Shown piece by piece: positions 1 through 12,041 of a DNA stretch of 64,000 nucleotides. Below the pieces are notes generated by a model. The model worked only from the letters and a program-made list of their open reading frames with translations, was not told where the DNA came from and searched no databases. A program made the position numbers and the translations under genes. Source of the DNA: Rhodosorus marinus CCMP1338 (lineage: Eukaryota > Plantae > Rhodophyta); assembly GCA_029953675.1 (NCBI GenBank), contig JAMWBK010000003.1, forward strand, positions 2,418,001 through 2,482,000. The letters run 5' to 3'. Every line of letters starts with the position of its first letter. Position 1 is the stretch's first letter.

Positions 1-388
1 CCTCAGATCACATCTCCCACGCACGCTAGTTGTCCTCCCACTCGCCAGCCCTCCACCGCTCACAAACCCCATCTCAAACATACCGGTCCTCCTTCCCCTA
101 AATCACCAAAACAAACAACCCACCCACCTCACCTTCCAGAACAACACCACACGCAGAGAACCTTAAACAAAAAAGATAAAGTTGCAGGGCTAAAAATCAA
201 CTCCTTTCCTCTTCAATCCTAGCTCTAGACAATACAAACAAGAACCGATCCAACCTCTCTCCCTCCTCCCCCATTCCCATCCACCACGCTCTCCTCCATT
301 TCCCCAACTCATATACTGCCATTCAACGCAGACCATTAAATCTCCAATTTCGCGTCGGGGAACACTGAGATTATCGCCAATCCCAAAT

Positions 389-480
389 TATGACTTTATG
401 CTATTAATTTAGATTGTATATCATTAATTTAAATAAAAACAAATATAATTACGATTATTGGGCATAAAATGATTGCTTCT
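389..480. promoter_or_regulatory. AT-rich core at a strand-skew flip; candidate bidirectional promoter
   Basis: Strongly AT-rich stretch with C/A-rich + strand to the left and G/T-rich + strand to the right. Confidence 0.4.
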
Positions 481-1264
481 AGTTTAGATTTAGGGGTTAG
501 ATTGGTTTCTGGTACGGGGTTATCGGGAACAGGACTGACTGGATTTGGGCTTCTGTGAGCTGATCTGGAGAAGAGGCTTTATGTAATTGTGGTATGTAGG
601 GTTTGGACGAGAAAATTTGGTCCCTGTGTGCTGGGAATCACAAAAAACACTCACTCCACCCGCTCCTGTTTCCCCCTTCCCCACAAGGCGGATCTGAAGA
701 GGGGGTGTGTATGCTAAAGCGCACGGTTTGTGGAGGAAGGGTCTGATCTGGATGTGAAGAATTGTCTTCGCCCAAGATTGTTGCTGCTTATGGGATTCTT
801 TTCTATTCTTTTATAGGAGCGTGAGTACCTATCCTGTGAGTATGGGCAGTATACGAGTCAGACATCGTTTCTTTCTTTGGGATTTTACAGCGTTGGATTC
901 TTTGTATCCACCGGTTGTTTTCGTCTGGAGAAGGCATCTATCTCGGAGACCAGAGCGTTTTGGAGGATTTCTCTGCGCAAAATCTTCAGGATAGTCCGAT
1001 TTCATCTCTGTATCCGCAGGGGCTTTGGGCAGATCGGAAAGCCGAACGCACGTGAGCTAGAGAGCAATGGGATGGTCTTCACCACCGCGCCCAGGGTTGC
1101 TCCGGCTAGACAGCGGCTCTCGACCATTTCAACGCGAATCATGCACCGCATGAACGATTCACAAACGTTGCGACTGGGATTCGGAAAACAAGGGCTCAGC
1201 CAGATCTGGATCTGACTGAAGATTCCTCAACCTGTCCCTTATGTATCGAGTAGATCGAGTGTTC

Positions 1265-2293
1265 TCATGGCTCTTCGTCCCCTATGCTCGCTTCTGGTGG
1301 GTCTCCATCTCCTGCAATAGGAGGCGGGCTTTCCTTCTCATCTATGGTCAGATTTCTGAGCTTGCCAGTCTCCGCGCCCGCGTCTTCTTCCAGATCCCGC
1401 TTCCCCTCAACTTCCTCGCCTGACTTCGCTTCCTCTTCTTGCACACCCTGCTTCACTTGCGCTTCCACTTCTTGTCGTGCTTGCTCTTCAACTTCTCCGC
1501 CTGCGTCCTCTTCCACATCGACACTTCTCTGCTCCTGGAGAGAACGAAGAAGTTGTCCTTTTCGAAGTCTATAGAGATCCGCCCGCTCCTTGATTAATGC
1601 CCTAACTGCAGAAACTACTTCATCATCAAACTCCTTCTCAAGATCTTTGACAGAGCGCGGGCGTTGAGCACCGACAGCAACCTAGACGCGTCGAAGAGCC
1701 CAAGCACTCTGCTGAGAATCTTTTCTTTCCCTTGGAGAGCGTTCAACTAGTCTTTGAAGGCTGGTCTATTGCTGTCTTACCTTCCCTTTGGAAAATGCTT
1801 CCATAAAGCGCGTCGCAGAATGGAATCTCAGGGCTCGCTGCCCAGCTGTCCCGGGTGGCACCTCATCAGATGTGTACTCCCACTTCTGAAACTCGTCGTT
1901 GTGATCAACTAGTCGGCAGAGCCCCTGAGCCTTCTCCGACACGGAGGTCCCACTATGCTTGTGTTCTTTCTTCCTACTGCGCTTCTTTTCCTTACTGTTC
2001 CTTTTCTCTTTGCTATCTCTTCTGTCCCTGCTATCTCGACTGCTCACGCTATGTGTGTCTCGACTCTCCCTGCTATCTCGACTCTCCCTGCTGTGTCGGC
2101 TCTCCTTACCTTTCTTCTCTTTCTTCTCTTTCTTCTCTTTCTTCTCCTTCTTCCCCTTCTTCTCCTTCCTTTCTTTACCAGACGTCTTATCGAATCTGTC
2201 AGGCTCTGGGTCCCTCTCCAGCCTACTAATTACATCCTGGGTCGGTTCAACAACATCAGCTCCTTTCTCCAATCCGTTGCCAGGCACTTCCAT
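1265..2293 (-). CDS. Hypothetical K/E/R/S-rich protein, 2 exons (2293-1781, 1681-1265), about 309 aa
   Basis: ATG at 2293. A phase-0 intron (AAG|gtaaga...tctag|GTT) joins ORF 1766-2293 to a 139-codon open frame ending at TGA 1265. No family recognised. Confidence 0.6.
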
Positions 2294-2558
2294 TTCTAAA
2301 ACAACCCCCTCACACTAAACCCTCCTCGAAAGGCTTACCAATACAATCCTCCACAATACTCGAACACTCACAACTCGTCTCTCCGGGGAAGTACAGTTTC
2401 AAAAGAGTCCAAGAAACACCACAACATGCTTTGGAAAAGCATTCATCGATCAGGGTACCCAACCCGCAAACTATTACTTACTCACAAACCCATTCCCCTT
2501 TACCAAACAAGCTAAATTTCTTTCACAACCCCCAGAATCAGAACTGGTTTGATAGGCA

Positions 2559-3995
2559 CTAGCCATGCCAATGCGCTGCCAGAATTTCTTGAAACAGGAT
2601 TCGGATCAACGTTCTCCCCACTCCAAACCGTTCAGAATCGGAACTCAGAGTCCGTAAGACAAAGGCCAAAAAAAAAAAAACACTGTCAGAATTCTGGAAG
2701 TAACGTGGGCTCTGATCAACTTTCGGGTTCCTCTCCTCTCTGTGGTATCTAAATGTGAAGAGAAAAATCCGGGTGGCATCAGATTTCCTGCTCGAAAGGC
2801 CTCTCAAGGATGCGCTGGTCTTCCTCCACTCAAGCGCGTGTAGGAGTGCAAAATTCATCACTGGGGAGGGGGTTGTTTCAGTTCGCTTCAGAAGCAAGTC
2901 GGATAAATGAAAAGAGAGAAATCGCGTTTGCGTCAAGGCATCCTTGGGAAAGACCACCTCAAGGATGTGCTTTCGCGACACTGGCGCTCTGTGAGCGCGC
3001 AAGGACTGTAAAGTTCATCAAAGGGCTACTGAGTCTGGTTCGCTTCAGAAGGAAGTCAGATAAATGAAAAGATTGAAGTCGCATCGCATATTGCTTCCTT
3101 GGGAAGACCCTCTCAAGAGTGTCTGGTCTTCCGCAACACCAGCGCGTGTGTGAGCACAACCAACGTAAATCCACTACTGGCGTCAATTCTTTCCAGAAGT
3201 CAGTTAAATCCATGGAAGCGGTAGTGACGTCTGAATTCTAGTATGACGTCGATGACGTTCAAGATTGCTGAACCAACCTGCTAGTTCGTTTGTCTCGGAT
3301 AAGACGTATCGCGAAAGTGGCTGTTGCAAGATGTCGAGGCTGTACAGTTGGTGCGGGAGGCGTAGATATGCCTTGAATGTCGACTGTAGAAAGCTGTTGG
3401 CTTGAGTCAAATATCTTCAGAGGAAGTGAGATACATCCATTGAAGCAGCAACGTTTGTAGGCAAGGCTTGAGGTCTAATCTGCCCAAGCCTCCGGTGTAC
3501 TATCTGCGTTGGCTCCAGTCCTTATCCTCACGACCTCAGCCCAGTAATGGGTTGGACATTAGGGAGAGTAATTGATCTCGTCCGAGTTTGCAGATAGTCT
3601 CTGCGGGACGCCACAAACGCCTGTACCTTGAAGGGTTGGGCACAAATGTGGTTCCAAGGCCTCCACAAGGACCCGGCGGATGGCTTGCCAGTGACCCTGA
3701 ATTCGTCCTCTGACTTGGAAACGACTTGTTTTGTTTTTTCAAAACTTCGAAACCACATCAGCACTTTGAAACCGGCAGCCCTGATCGGTTGGGCTTCAAG
3801 GAGAATAGGTCATCTAGTACGAGTTTGCAGGCAATGAACTTTTGTTCTCCTTGTCACCTTGGCTCCAGAGTCGGAATCCTTTCGCCTAGAACGTCCTCAC
3901 AGAACGAAGGTTGCAAATATGGTCTCCCAACGGACGAAGAGTACTTTCGACAAGCCCCGTTCGTCCACAACTAAGTTCGCGGGGAAGCTGTCCAT
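2559..3995 (-). pseudogene. Probable decayed coding sequence containing degenerate internal repeats
   Basis: ATG at 3995 follows a C/A-rich (+ strand) leader like those of real minus-strand genes. Protein-like segments occur in alternating frames separated by stops. No intact spliced model found. Confidence 0.3.
2760..3215. repeat. Degenerate tandem repeat, about 3 units of about 155 bp
   Basis: gttcgcttcagaag.aagtc.gataaatgaaa at about 2881 and 3038. ct(c/t)caag...tggtcttcc-like blocks at about 2801, 2957 and 3110. Confidence 0.75.
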
Positions 3996-4977
3996 GTGAA
4001 CAATCAAAATTACGTCAAAAACCTGTTTTGCCGCCTCTATCTATTTTCTTTCGAAAATAGATATCCGCTGTGTTCCTAATATGTACCAAAATATAAATAA
4101 TTATTTTCTTCTCAAGGTTAAAAAAACAATACTCCACCTCCTTCCCACACAATCACCTTCTTGTATTCTCCCACGTGTCTTTTTGAATCAAAACGTCGAA
4201 TAATTAAACACTACTGGACAATCTCGCAATCCGACAATATTGATTTGCCAAGTTTTTTCTTAGCATTTAGTGTTGCCAGGATTTGGGGAGAATGGTGGAG
4301 CATTAACCCCCCCAAAAAAGGCAATCCATATTACCGTTGAGGAAGATAATAGTTACGATATAAATCTGCTATTATCAATACATTATGAGCAATAACGAAA
4401 AAACCAAGTCCGATTATCGTTTATAGTATAAGAAGATTTGAGTCTGGGTTTTTTGTTGGAAAATGAGCGATGGAGATCTTTGAGTCTGTTTAATTTTTAT
4501 TGATCGGGGAGCTGGAAGGGGATCTCTCTCGCCACGCCGACTCTGAAAGAAGCATATGAAGTAGCAACTGCTCGGATGGTAGTGGCTTTGGAAGCAGTCC
4601 AAGAGGTTGCTTGTACCAGTATGTTGGTGGGCTTGGTCCGATACTTCTGCTTTCCTGGGGGTGGCGCTGTCTGTGGGGAGCGTGTTGGTGTGAGTTTGGT
4701 TTTTCCAAGCAGGGGCGGACCGGGGGGTGGGAGGGGATGATCGTGGAGGTGGTGACTTTGTGAAGGGGATCAGGTAAGCTCGGTTTTTTTTTTACGTTCC
4801 TGAGTTGTGCAGTGGACGGCTCTCTGATTCGCATCAGCTCTTCTGCCTTTTTTTGTGGTTTGTTACGGCGTTGTTTGGGTACGTTCTGGCCTTCAGGGGT
4901 GTGACCCATTTTGAGCTCTTAGGAAGGCAGTGTTGGATAGTCCACTCTCTCTCTAGGTTATTATAGATTTTGGGAGG

Positions 4978-6415
4978 ATGGGGATCCGAAGGCTCTCCAG
5001 GGTTGCGACTGCCCTGGCGACTGGAATAGAAGCAAAATCGAAGCGGTCGCTGTCCATGATGGACTTGGCAAGGACGTCATCAAGCTCCGTGCCGCTTCAA
5101 TATTTGAAATTTTCCGCGAAGGAAGAAAATGGAGAGAGCGAGTTTCCTCCCGTGATTGTCTTACACGGGTTGATGGCTAGTTCTGGGACATATAAGAGTT
5201 TGTTGAGGCGATCAGACTTTGGTAAGATCCACGCTGGGGATTTTTATTTTTTTTGTCGTCGCACCGTTCGCTAGGGTCGTTTCGTCTGACAAATGTTTGT
5301 TTGCTGGTGATGCAACAGCTCCGAAGAGGGATGTTTACGCTCTGGATCTTCGAAATCATGGATCAAGCCCGCACCACGAAAGCACAAATTATCAGTCTCT
5401 GGTCTCCGATGTCAAGCATTTCATGGACGAAAATGGTTCGTTTGAACGACAATGTGGATGAAGCTAGTTGCAGAGCCTGAAGCTGTTCTGGAAATAGCTG
5501 ACGAAAGTCTCGTGCTTGTCCATCGATTCACGGTGTAAAATAGGGCTCGAGCAGGCTTGTTTAATAGGTCACAGCTTAGGAGGCAAGGTAAACTTTGACT
5601 CCCAAAGTGGCGCTTGGCTATCAAAGGCTCTCACGTACTGAAGCTCACGGTGTTGCCATCTGCCTTGCGAATTTATGTTAGATCGCAATGATCATGGCCC
5701 TGGAAGCTGAGGAAAGGGTATCAGAACTCGTCGTTATCGACATTGCACCACAGTTTTACCAGGCTCCGCCAGAGGAAGACCGACCTACGATTGTAGCCCT
5801 CAGAGCCATGGCGAAGACTAATCCAGTTGCCTATCAGAGTCGGGAGTAAGACCTCCAGAAGCCCGTTGTTTTTCTCGCTGAAGAGTTTAGATTTGGCTGT
5901 ACGGCACATAACAAAGGATCCATCCTCACGATTGCTTTTGGAAATCTCGTACAAATAGGGATGTTCAAAACGCTCTTCAACAATTCGGAGTTGACTCCCA
6001 GCGGCTTCGCAATTTTCTCATGACCAACCTCGTCCCAGATCCTAACAATCCAGGACACTTTAGGTGGAGAGTGAACATCAGAGCCATTGCAGAGGGCCTT
6101 CCCGATTTGCTGTCCTTTCCTGAATACGACCAGAGCCAAAAATTTGTCGGTAAGTCGTTGTTCATTCGTGGGATGCTTTCGGAGAATGTTACGAACAAAC
6201 ATCAGCTGGAGATAAGGCGCCTCTTTCCCGCGGCAAGAATTGTATCGGTGAGCTCGAACAGTCAACCTGCAATTGTCGGTTTGCTGGATGTGGATGTCCT
6301 CTTATGCCATTTTTACCCTTGGTCCTCGCAGGTGGACAACGCCGGCCACTGGGTGCAAGCAGACGCTCCTGAGACTTTTGTTAGCGCTGTGAATAAATTC
6401 CTAGGAGATGTTTAG
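4978..6415 (+). CDS. ABHD11: Alpha/beta hydrolase, ABHD11/YbfF-like esterase (exons 4978-5221, 5319-5435, 5544-5587, 5682-5845, 5959-6247, 6332-6415)
   Basis: Motifs VIVLHGL, ALDLRNHGSSPH, nucleophile GHSLGGK, VIDIAP, FRWRVN, AGHWVQAD. All introns GT-AG and frame-consistent. Confidence 0.92.
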
Positions 6416-9400
6416 ATGACTTCCATCGATCTGGAGACCGCTTGGTCTCGTACATGTTGAACAGAAGAATCGACGCTCGAGTCTATTGCGGATGAGAGAG
6501 GCTGTGTTGATCTCTGTTAGAGTGCCCTATGACGAGGTCCGGATGCTTGGACCCTTTGCGTTTGGTTAGCTTGAAGCGCTTTTTTGCCTCTGTTATTTTT
6601 TTTTTTGCTTCTGGTGAAGAAGTTTTTATGTATGGTTTTGACGGAAATGTATTTGAAGGTTTTGCGAAAGGAAAGTACGTTTTTGAGTTTTTTGGGAAGA
6701 CGCTGTGCGCTGGTTCTGAGGCTCCCCACGCGCTCTTGCAAGGAAGAGAAATAGGCAAATGGGCTGTCTAGATGAGTCCCCTCGCCCGATGATCTGCTCG
6801 AGATCGAGCATTTATACGAACAAGCGGATGAGACGAGGATCTAAGAAAAGTTGGATCACAATTGGCTGGATGGGGCCCAGCCTGGATATATATATGTCGC
6901 TAGCCGATTTTTTTTTTTAACAACTGGACGAGTCTTGCCCATGTTTTGGGCCATTTTGATTTTCAATCTGATCAGAACCCCGCCGCCCAACGCAGTGAAA
7001 GGTCAATCTTCTCCATGCTATTATCGATCACTGCCAATCGACTTGTATGCAACCGATGACGGCCTTCACAACTGAATTTCACATATTGAAACTTATCCCA
7101 ATTGGAGCGGGCACTTACACGCCCGACAGAAGAGATTGCGAAACGTGCTGAACGGTAAGCTCATCGCACGAGAATGAATCGGAGGATCGGAACATGAAAG
7201 CTGGCAAATCAGGTGATGTGTCATCTTGGCAACTGGATTCAACTATTGAAGACCGTGGGACTCACATAACCCTTTGTTCAACCTGTAGATCCCTTCAGTT
7301 CCAAAAAACTTCAAGAAAGTTCAAGCTTGGCCACATGAGTCCTTATTTTTGCGACAAAAATGCCAACATAAATCGTGGCGCAAGCAGAAGGGCGCCAACC
7401 CCCTTTTCGTTTGGACCAGCATGCCAAAAAAAAATCCTTCTCTGGACTTAGGTTTTTAACCTAACAGGCCACAGCCGTTACCTTCCCACTTCCGCTTGCT
7501 CCCCCTTCGGGATGAAGGGGCTCTATTCTCAAGGCCAACCACCAGCCAAAATCTCCATTTTTTCTGAGAAGATCCTGTCATGTGCTATTAACTGAGCTGA
7601 GCTGAACACCGCAAAAAGATCGCGAACGGATGAGATGGCTAAAACCAGTTGGAGGGGTTAGACAAGCGGAATCGTCCGATTTAGTTCCTTGCCCTGCCCG
7701 TCCGAAACAAGTCATGCACTCAAACACGAACATTATCTCTCCCAGAACCGACCAAAATTTGAATTTGAAGGACCCTCGCTCACCACCGCTATCGAAAAAG
7801 AGAAGGGGGGGGGCGGGGGTGTGTGGGGGGGGGGGTATAATGACCAACCTCTTTGTCCTATTCAGTTGGGACGGCATGTTGGGGGGTGGTCTCTGCCATT
7901 ACATCGTTTTTCGAGGAGTTCATGAAAGGCCAAAAGCCACCTCCTTGCTGAACACAGAGGAAAATACCAAAAAAGGGGTTTTAGACTTGGACAACTGGCA
8001 TATATTTGCCAAGTAGTCTGGGTATACATATGCTGGCAGACCGCAGTTAAGAAACTCCAACCACTCCCCTACTCCCCCTTTCGGGTTCTCCACACTTCAA
8101 ACCCCCTTTTCCCGATCGCGTGGGGCTTGTCTTTGCTTTTAACAATCGCTATCGAAGGAAAAAAAATGAAAAAAAATCATATCGTTGACTTTCAGTGTCA
8201 GTTTTTCATGAAATTTTCACTACACACGCACGCTGGAAAAAGAAACGCTATATAGGGAAACAAAATGCTATTTACAATAAAAAAAGGAGGAAAAACAGAA
8301 GCGAAAATCCATGAAAATCTGTCTCGTTATTTGCTGCACCCGCCTCCCTCCGTCCTGAACAAAGTCTTAACGAACGAAAGAAAAAAGGGGGGAAGGGGGC
8401 TCTCTGAAAGGCCATTATTGGGGATCAGAAAAGAACAGAATTGTCGTTTCTAGGACATATCTTCTTCAACTCAAGAACATAAGTTCTTAAAAATGAAGCG
8501 TTCGCCCCGTATGACCTCGTTTTATCTTTATAATTAAAGACTTTCATTTTCATCGCCTTTAGCGGCGTTCAACAAGTTCATAATTGCTATTTTGTTTAGC
8601 TACTCATTCCTCATTCTGTGTCAAATGGAGCTGTCAACTTATTGTATTTAGGACATAGTTCAATATGAGTCGCCCAATTGGGTTTACGTTCCAAACGGTG
8701 TTGCGTTTCGGGCTGGGAAAAAAGTTAGATTTTACAAATATTTGTATGTTGATGACATAAGTCGTGCGTTCTTCTCCCCCTTCCCTCCTCCTTCCCCGGT
8801 AAAAAGCTACGGCAGGTACTAAACTCCTGGCTTGAGAGACCTCTCTATATAACCAGAAAACCACCCGACGAAGAACGAAAAATAGATGGATTCTTATCCA
8901 ACTGCCAAGGGCTGTTTGATTTTTGCTTGCTTTTCGGTACACGGACAGATTGGAAATGGACGATATCTAGGCTACAAACCGTCGATAATCATGGCCATTT
9001 GGTCGAGGAAGGAAGAACCGCAAATCCAAGCAACAATGAACTCCTGAAGAAAAAATAAATCTACAAGATAACTTTTAAAATATCTTGCTACCTAACTTAT
9101 GGATATCAAATTTTTTTCCCACAACTGTGTCACAGAAAAACTTGTTTTGCATAGGGGTCAGTATCTAAACTGGGGTTGGTCGGGGGGTTGCTTTCTAGCT
9201 AAAGGAACAAGTTCATGGTCGGAAAATAAATATTGTTCAATATGTTTTACACACATCCATCAAGCAAGCAGGAAACTCCAAGCCTCGTACCCACCGACCC
9301 CCCTTCACCTCTCCCCCAGCCGAAGACTTTGGACGCTTTGTGCACTGTACACCAAAGCTTTTGGAAAGTCCAATGGACTCGCCCTATAAAACTTTTTCGG

Positions 9401-10325
9401 AAATCTACGTGTAGCAGTTCGACCAATCATTTGTAACTGCTGAGAGCCTACATTTGTAAATGGAGAATATAATTAACGGGCTGGGCCAAGAGCTGCGGTT
9501 TATGAGACATTGACTGGGTGCGTGCTTTTTTTTTTGGGCTCTATGATTTCCGTTCTACGACGTTTATTGCCTATACTGTTCTTGTTTAGATATGTTCTAC
9601 TCCCAATTTTTGTCCAGAAGGGTATATTATCCCATCCAACGACATTTTGGAGCAGAAAAAACCATGGTTGCTTTTTTCTTCTGTATTTCTTGCTTTTTGA
9701 AAGAATTATTTTCGAAAAAGGTTTTAAACGGATTTCATACGTTTGAGATGAGTCCGCAGGCGGCCAACAGACATTGAGCGATTGGGTACTGGGGAAACGG
9801 GTGGGTGGAGCGGATTTTCGTTGTTAGCTTTGTCTCTTCCCAAGATCGATGTAGAACAAGGGAAAAAAAAACAAACACAAAAGTTATATTTTGTCGATGA
9901 AAAAATTCATAAGATTTTCGCAATGCAAGCTTTGAATCGTACGAAACGTCTAAGCTGATAAGGAAAAAAGGTGCTGCCGGGGGGACAGAAGTAGGTAAAA
10001 AAGAAATATAACATAGATCCGGGCGCAAACCTGTGCTAAACTGTGAGGGGGGACGTAAAACTCATTCGTGGCTTTGTCTCCGCATCAAGAGTGTTGCGCG
10101 TCTGTTTGTTCACGGACAGATTCCCACGCATATAAGCAACGGTGTGCATCGAGCTGTTTCGCTGGGCCGCTTAGAAGAGTGGCAGCGGGCAAACTTGTTG
10201 TTGACTCTCTGCTTTCTGTGCGAGTTGCTCGCTCATCAGGCGGTCGACAGCGTAGGGGAAAGGGGCTTGAGCAGCAGGAGTGGAGGTGGAATTGGGATTT
10301 GACTGGTTTGACAGCCGTATTTAAG

Positions 10326-10847
10326 ATGAGCACAGAGAAAGTTACTCCGTACAGATGCAATGAACCTGGTTGCGGGAAATACTTCACCAGAAGGTTCAAC
10401 ATGAAGTCGCATGCCAGATGGCACAGCGGTGCATGCCCGTTTACCTGCCCGTTTCTTGAATGCGGCGCGAAGTTCAAGTGGAAATCAAGCTACGCGAGCC
10501 ATTTGAAAAGTCACCAACAGAATGGGGGAAAGAAGAGAACCGTGGAAATTAGCAAACAAAGTTCCAAGATGCGAATCTCTAAGCTACTCAATAGAACCAG
10601 TCAAAGCCTTGATGACCTCTCATCTGTATCTGGAGCGGGCGGTACTATGTCGAGGAGTGACGGGAGCGAAGAGGAACTGGATAACGACATGACTGGGTTC
10701 CGGACTGTGGTAAAATTTGTGAGTTCCGACAACCTGACGTTTGGGTACCACAGTCCGTTGAGGGTGGAGGATAGTAGTATGTCCCGAATCAACTCGGAGG
10801 TCAATGTGAGCATGTCTACCGTTTCGTCCCCGGGCATAGCCATCTGA
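10326..10847 (+). CDS. C2H2 zinc-finger transcription factor (2 fingers), intronless
   Basis: YRCNEPGCGKYFTRRFNMKSHARWH-SGACP-FTCPFLECGAKFKWKSSYASHLKSH. First ATG in the frame is at 10326. Confidence 0.9.
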   Translation: MSTEKVTPYRCNEPGCGKYFTRRFNMKSHARWHSGACPFTCPFLECGAKFKWKSSYASHLKSHQQNGGKKRTVEISKQSSKMRISKLLNRTSQSLDDLSSVSGAGGTMSRSDGSEEELDNDMTGFRTVVKFVSSDNLTFGYHSPLRVEDSSMSRINSEVNVSMSTVSSPGIAI

Positions 10848-11690
10848 CCTGTAATCTATACCAACTGACTTTTCGTATATAGAACATATTTCCACAGAGC
10901 ATTGCATTAAATCCACACCTCATCCTGACCGAGTTACCAGCGTCCTCGAACACGTGAAAGGATCCAACCAGATCCTTAAATTACCCTCCGAATCCAAGCG
11001 TCGGTGTTCGATTGTCCATCCTTCCCCCATCAGAAACTCTTAACTGGGACGATGCTCGGAATCCTAGCTAACGAACAATCACAATGACAAGATCCAGAAA
11101 CTACCCAGGACAATTGGAAAGAACTGCTGAACAGAGCCAGCCCGAACTGTCCTTCACAATCAAGCTGGAGCACAACCCTACAAAAAGCCCAAGCCCACCC
11201 CGTGCCCCACCCCTCTCACTTCCCCAATAAAGAAAAACCCCGAAAAAACCCTGGTAGCCCAGCAATGCCAACCGCGGGACACTCCACAAACACCGGAAGA
11301 AAAGCTCCTTAAAACAGACAGTTTCACAACCCTTTTTTTGATGTATTTTACATAAAGACACGTGGAGACTGTTCACTAGCTGTTACAATGTTACATTTTT
11401 CAAACAACGCCCCGGTATTGTTGATACTTTCTTTTGTAACACGTGGTAACAATTGATTTGATAATAAGCAGGTATCCATTTGATTTTGTTTTTCAATTTA
11501 TTCGTGAGGGTACATTTTTTTATTTGGAATCAATTGCCACTTGTGACCTGCTCTTTGTTTTTGAAAAAACAATTTCAAGATGATTTCGGTTTCCGTTGGG
11601 CAACGCGGTTTTGGGGGAAGGGGCATTGCTTTTAAAGCGGAGTTTCAATGAGTGCGAAGGTTTGCTGGGGGGAACTCCGCGGGTGTCGGC

Positions 11691-11723
11691 GGTGGTGGTG
11701 GTGGTGGTGGTGGTGGTGGTGGT
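11691..11723. repeat. (GGT)11 microsatellite
   Basis: Perfect 33-nt trinucleotide run in the G/T-rich leader upstream of the gene at 12042. Confidence 0.95.
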
Positions 11724-12041
11724 ATTGTTCGAGGCTTGGCACAGTGGCTATAAGGAGGATAAGATCCCGATGAATTATTTGTGTTTTCGTTTTATTGTAT
11801 TGTAGAGTAGCTGGTCCGGTATATGGCAATGGCTGTTCTGAGATCTCGCTCACTGATTGGTTTCAGGTGAAGCAGGGTTGCGCTGGTTTGAGGATTGCTT
11901 GGTGAAATATTTCTATTTTGTTGACTGGCCGGACGGGTTTTACGGCAGGAAGTTTTGGGGTGTTTCTGTTGTAGATGAGTCTGGAGACCGGTTTCCCTGG
12001 TTTGCGCATGCTGAGGTGGTTTGTCTTTGTGATCGGTTGGG

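Noticed and set aside
1855-2318. Three + strand ORFs rich in Leu/Phe/Ser
   Set aside because: Antisense shadows of the GAA/AAG-rich minus-strand gene.
3420-3995. Possible TGA recoding (Sec/Trp) in relic frames with successive TGA codons, also seen at 15600-15750
   Set aside because: Bona fide genes here terminate at TGA, TAG/TAA also interrupt these frames, and I saw no SECIS.
4490-4909. 139-aa minus-strand ORF
   Set aside because: Explained by the G/T-rich ABHD11 leader; its P/H/Q/K/T bias is a compositional artefact.
7125-7140. GACAGAAGAGATTGCG, reminiscent of the U6 ACAGAGA box
   Set aside because: Imperfect match with no other U6 elements.
11632-11853. ORF with a His10 tract (possible metal-binding peptide)
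   Set aside because: No ATG; the tract is just the (GGT)11 microsatellite read on the minus strand.
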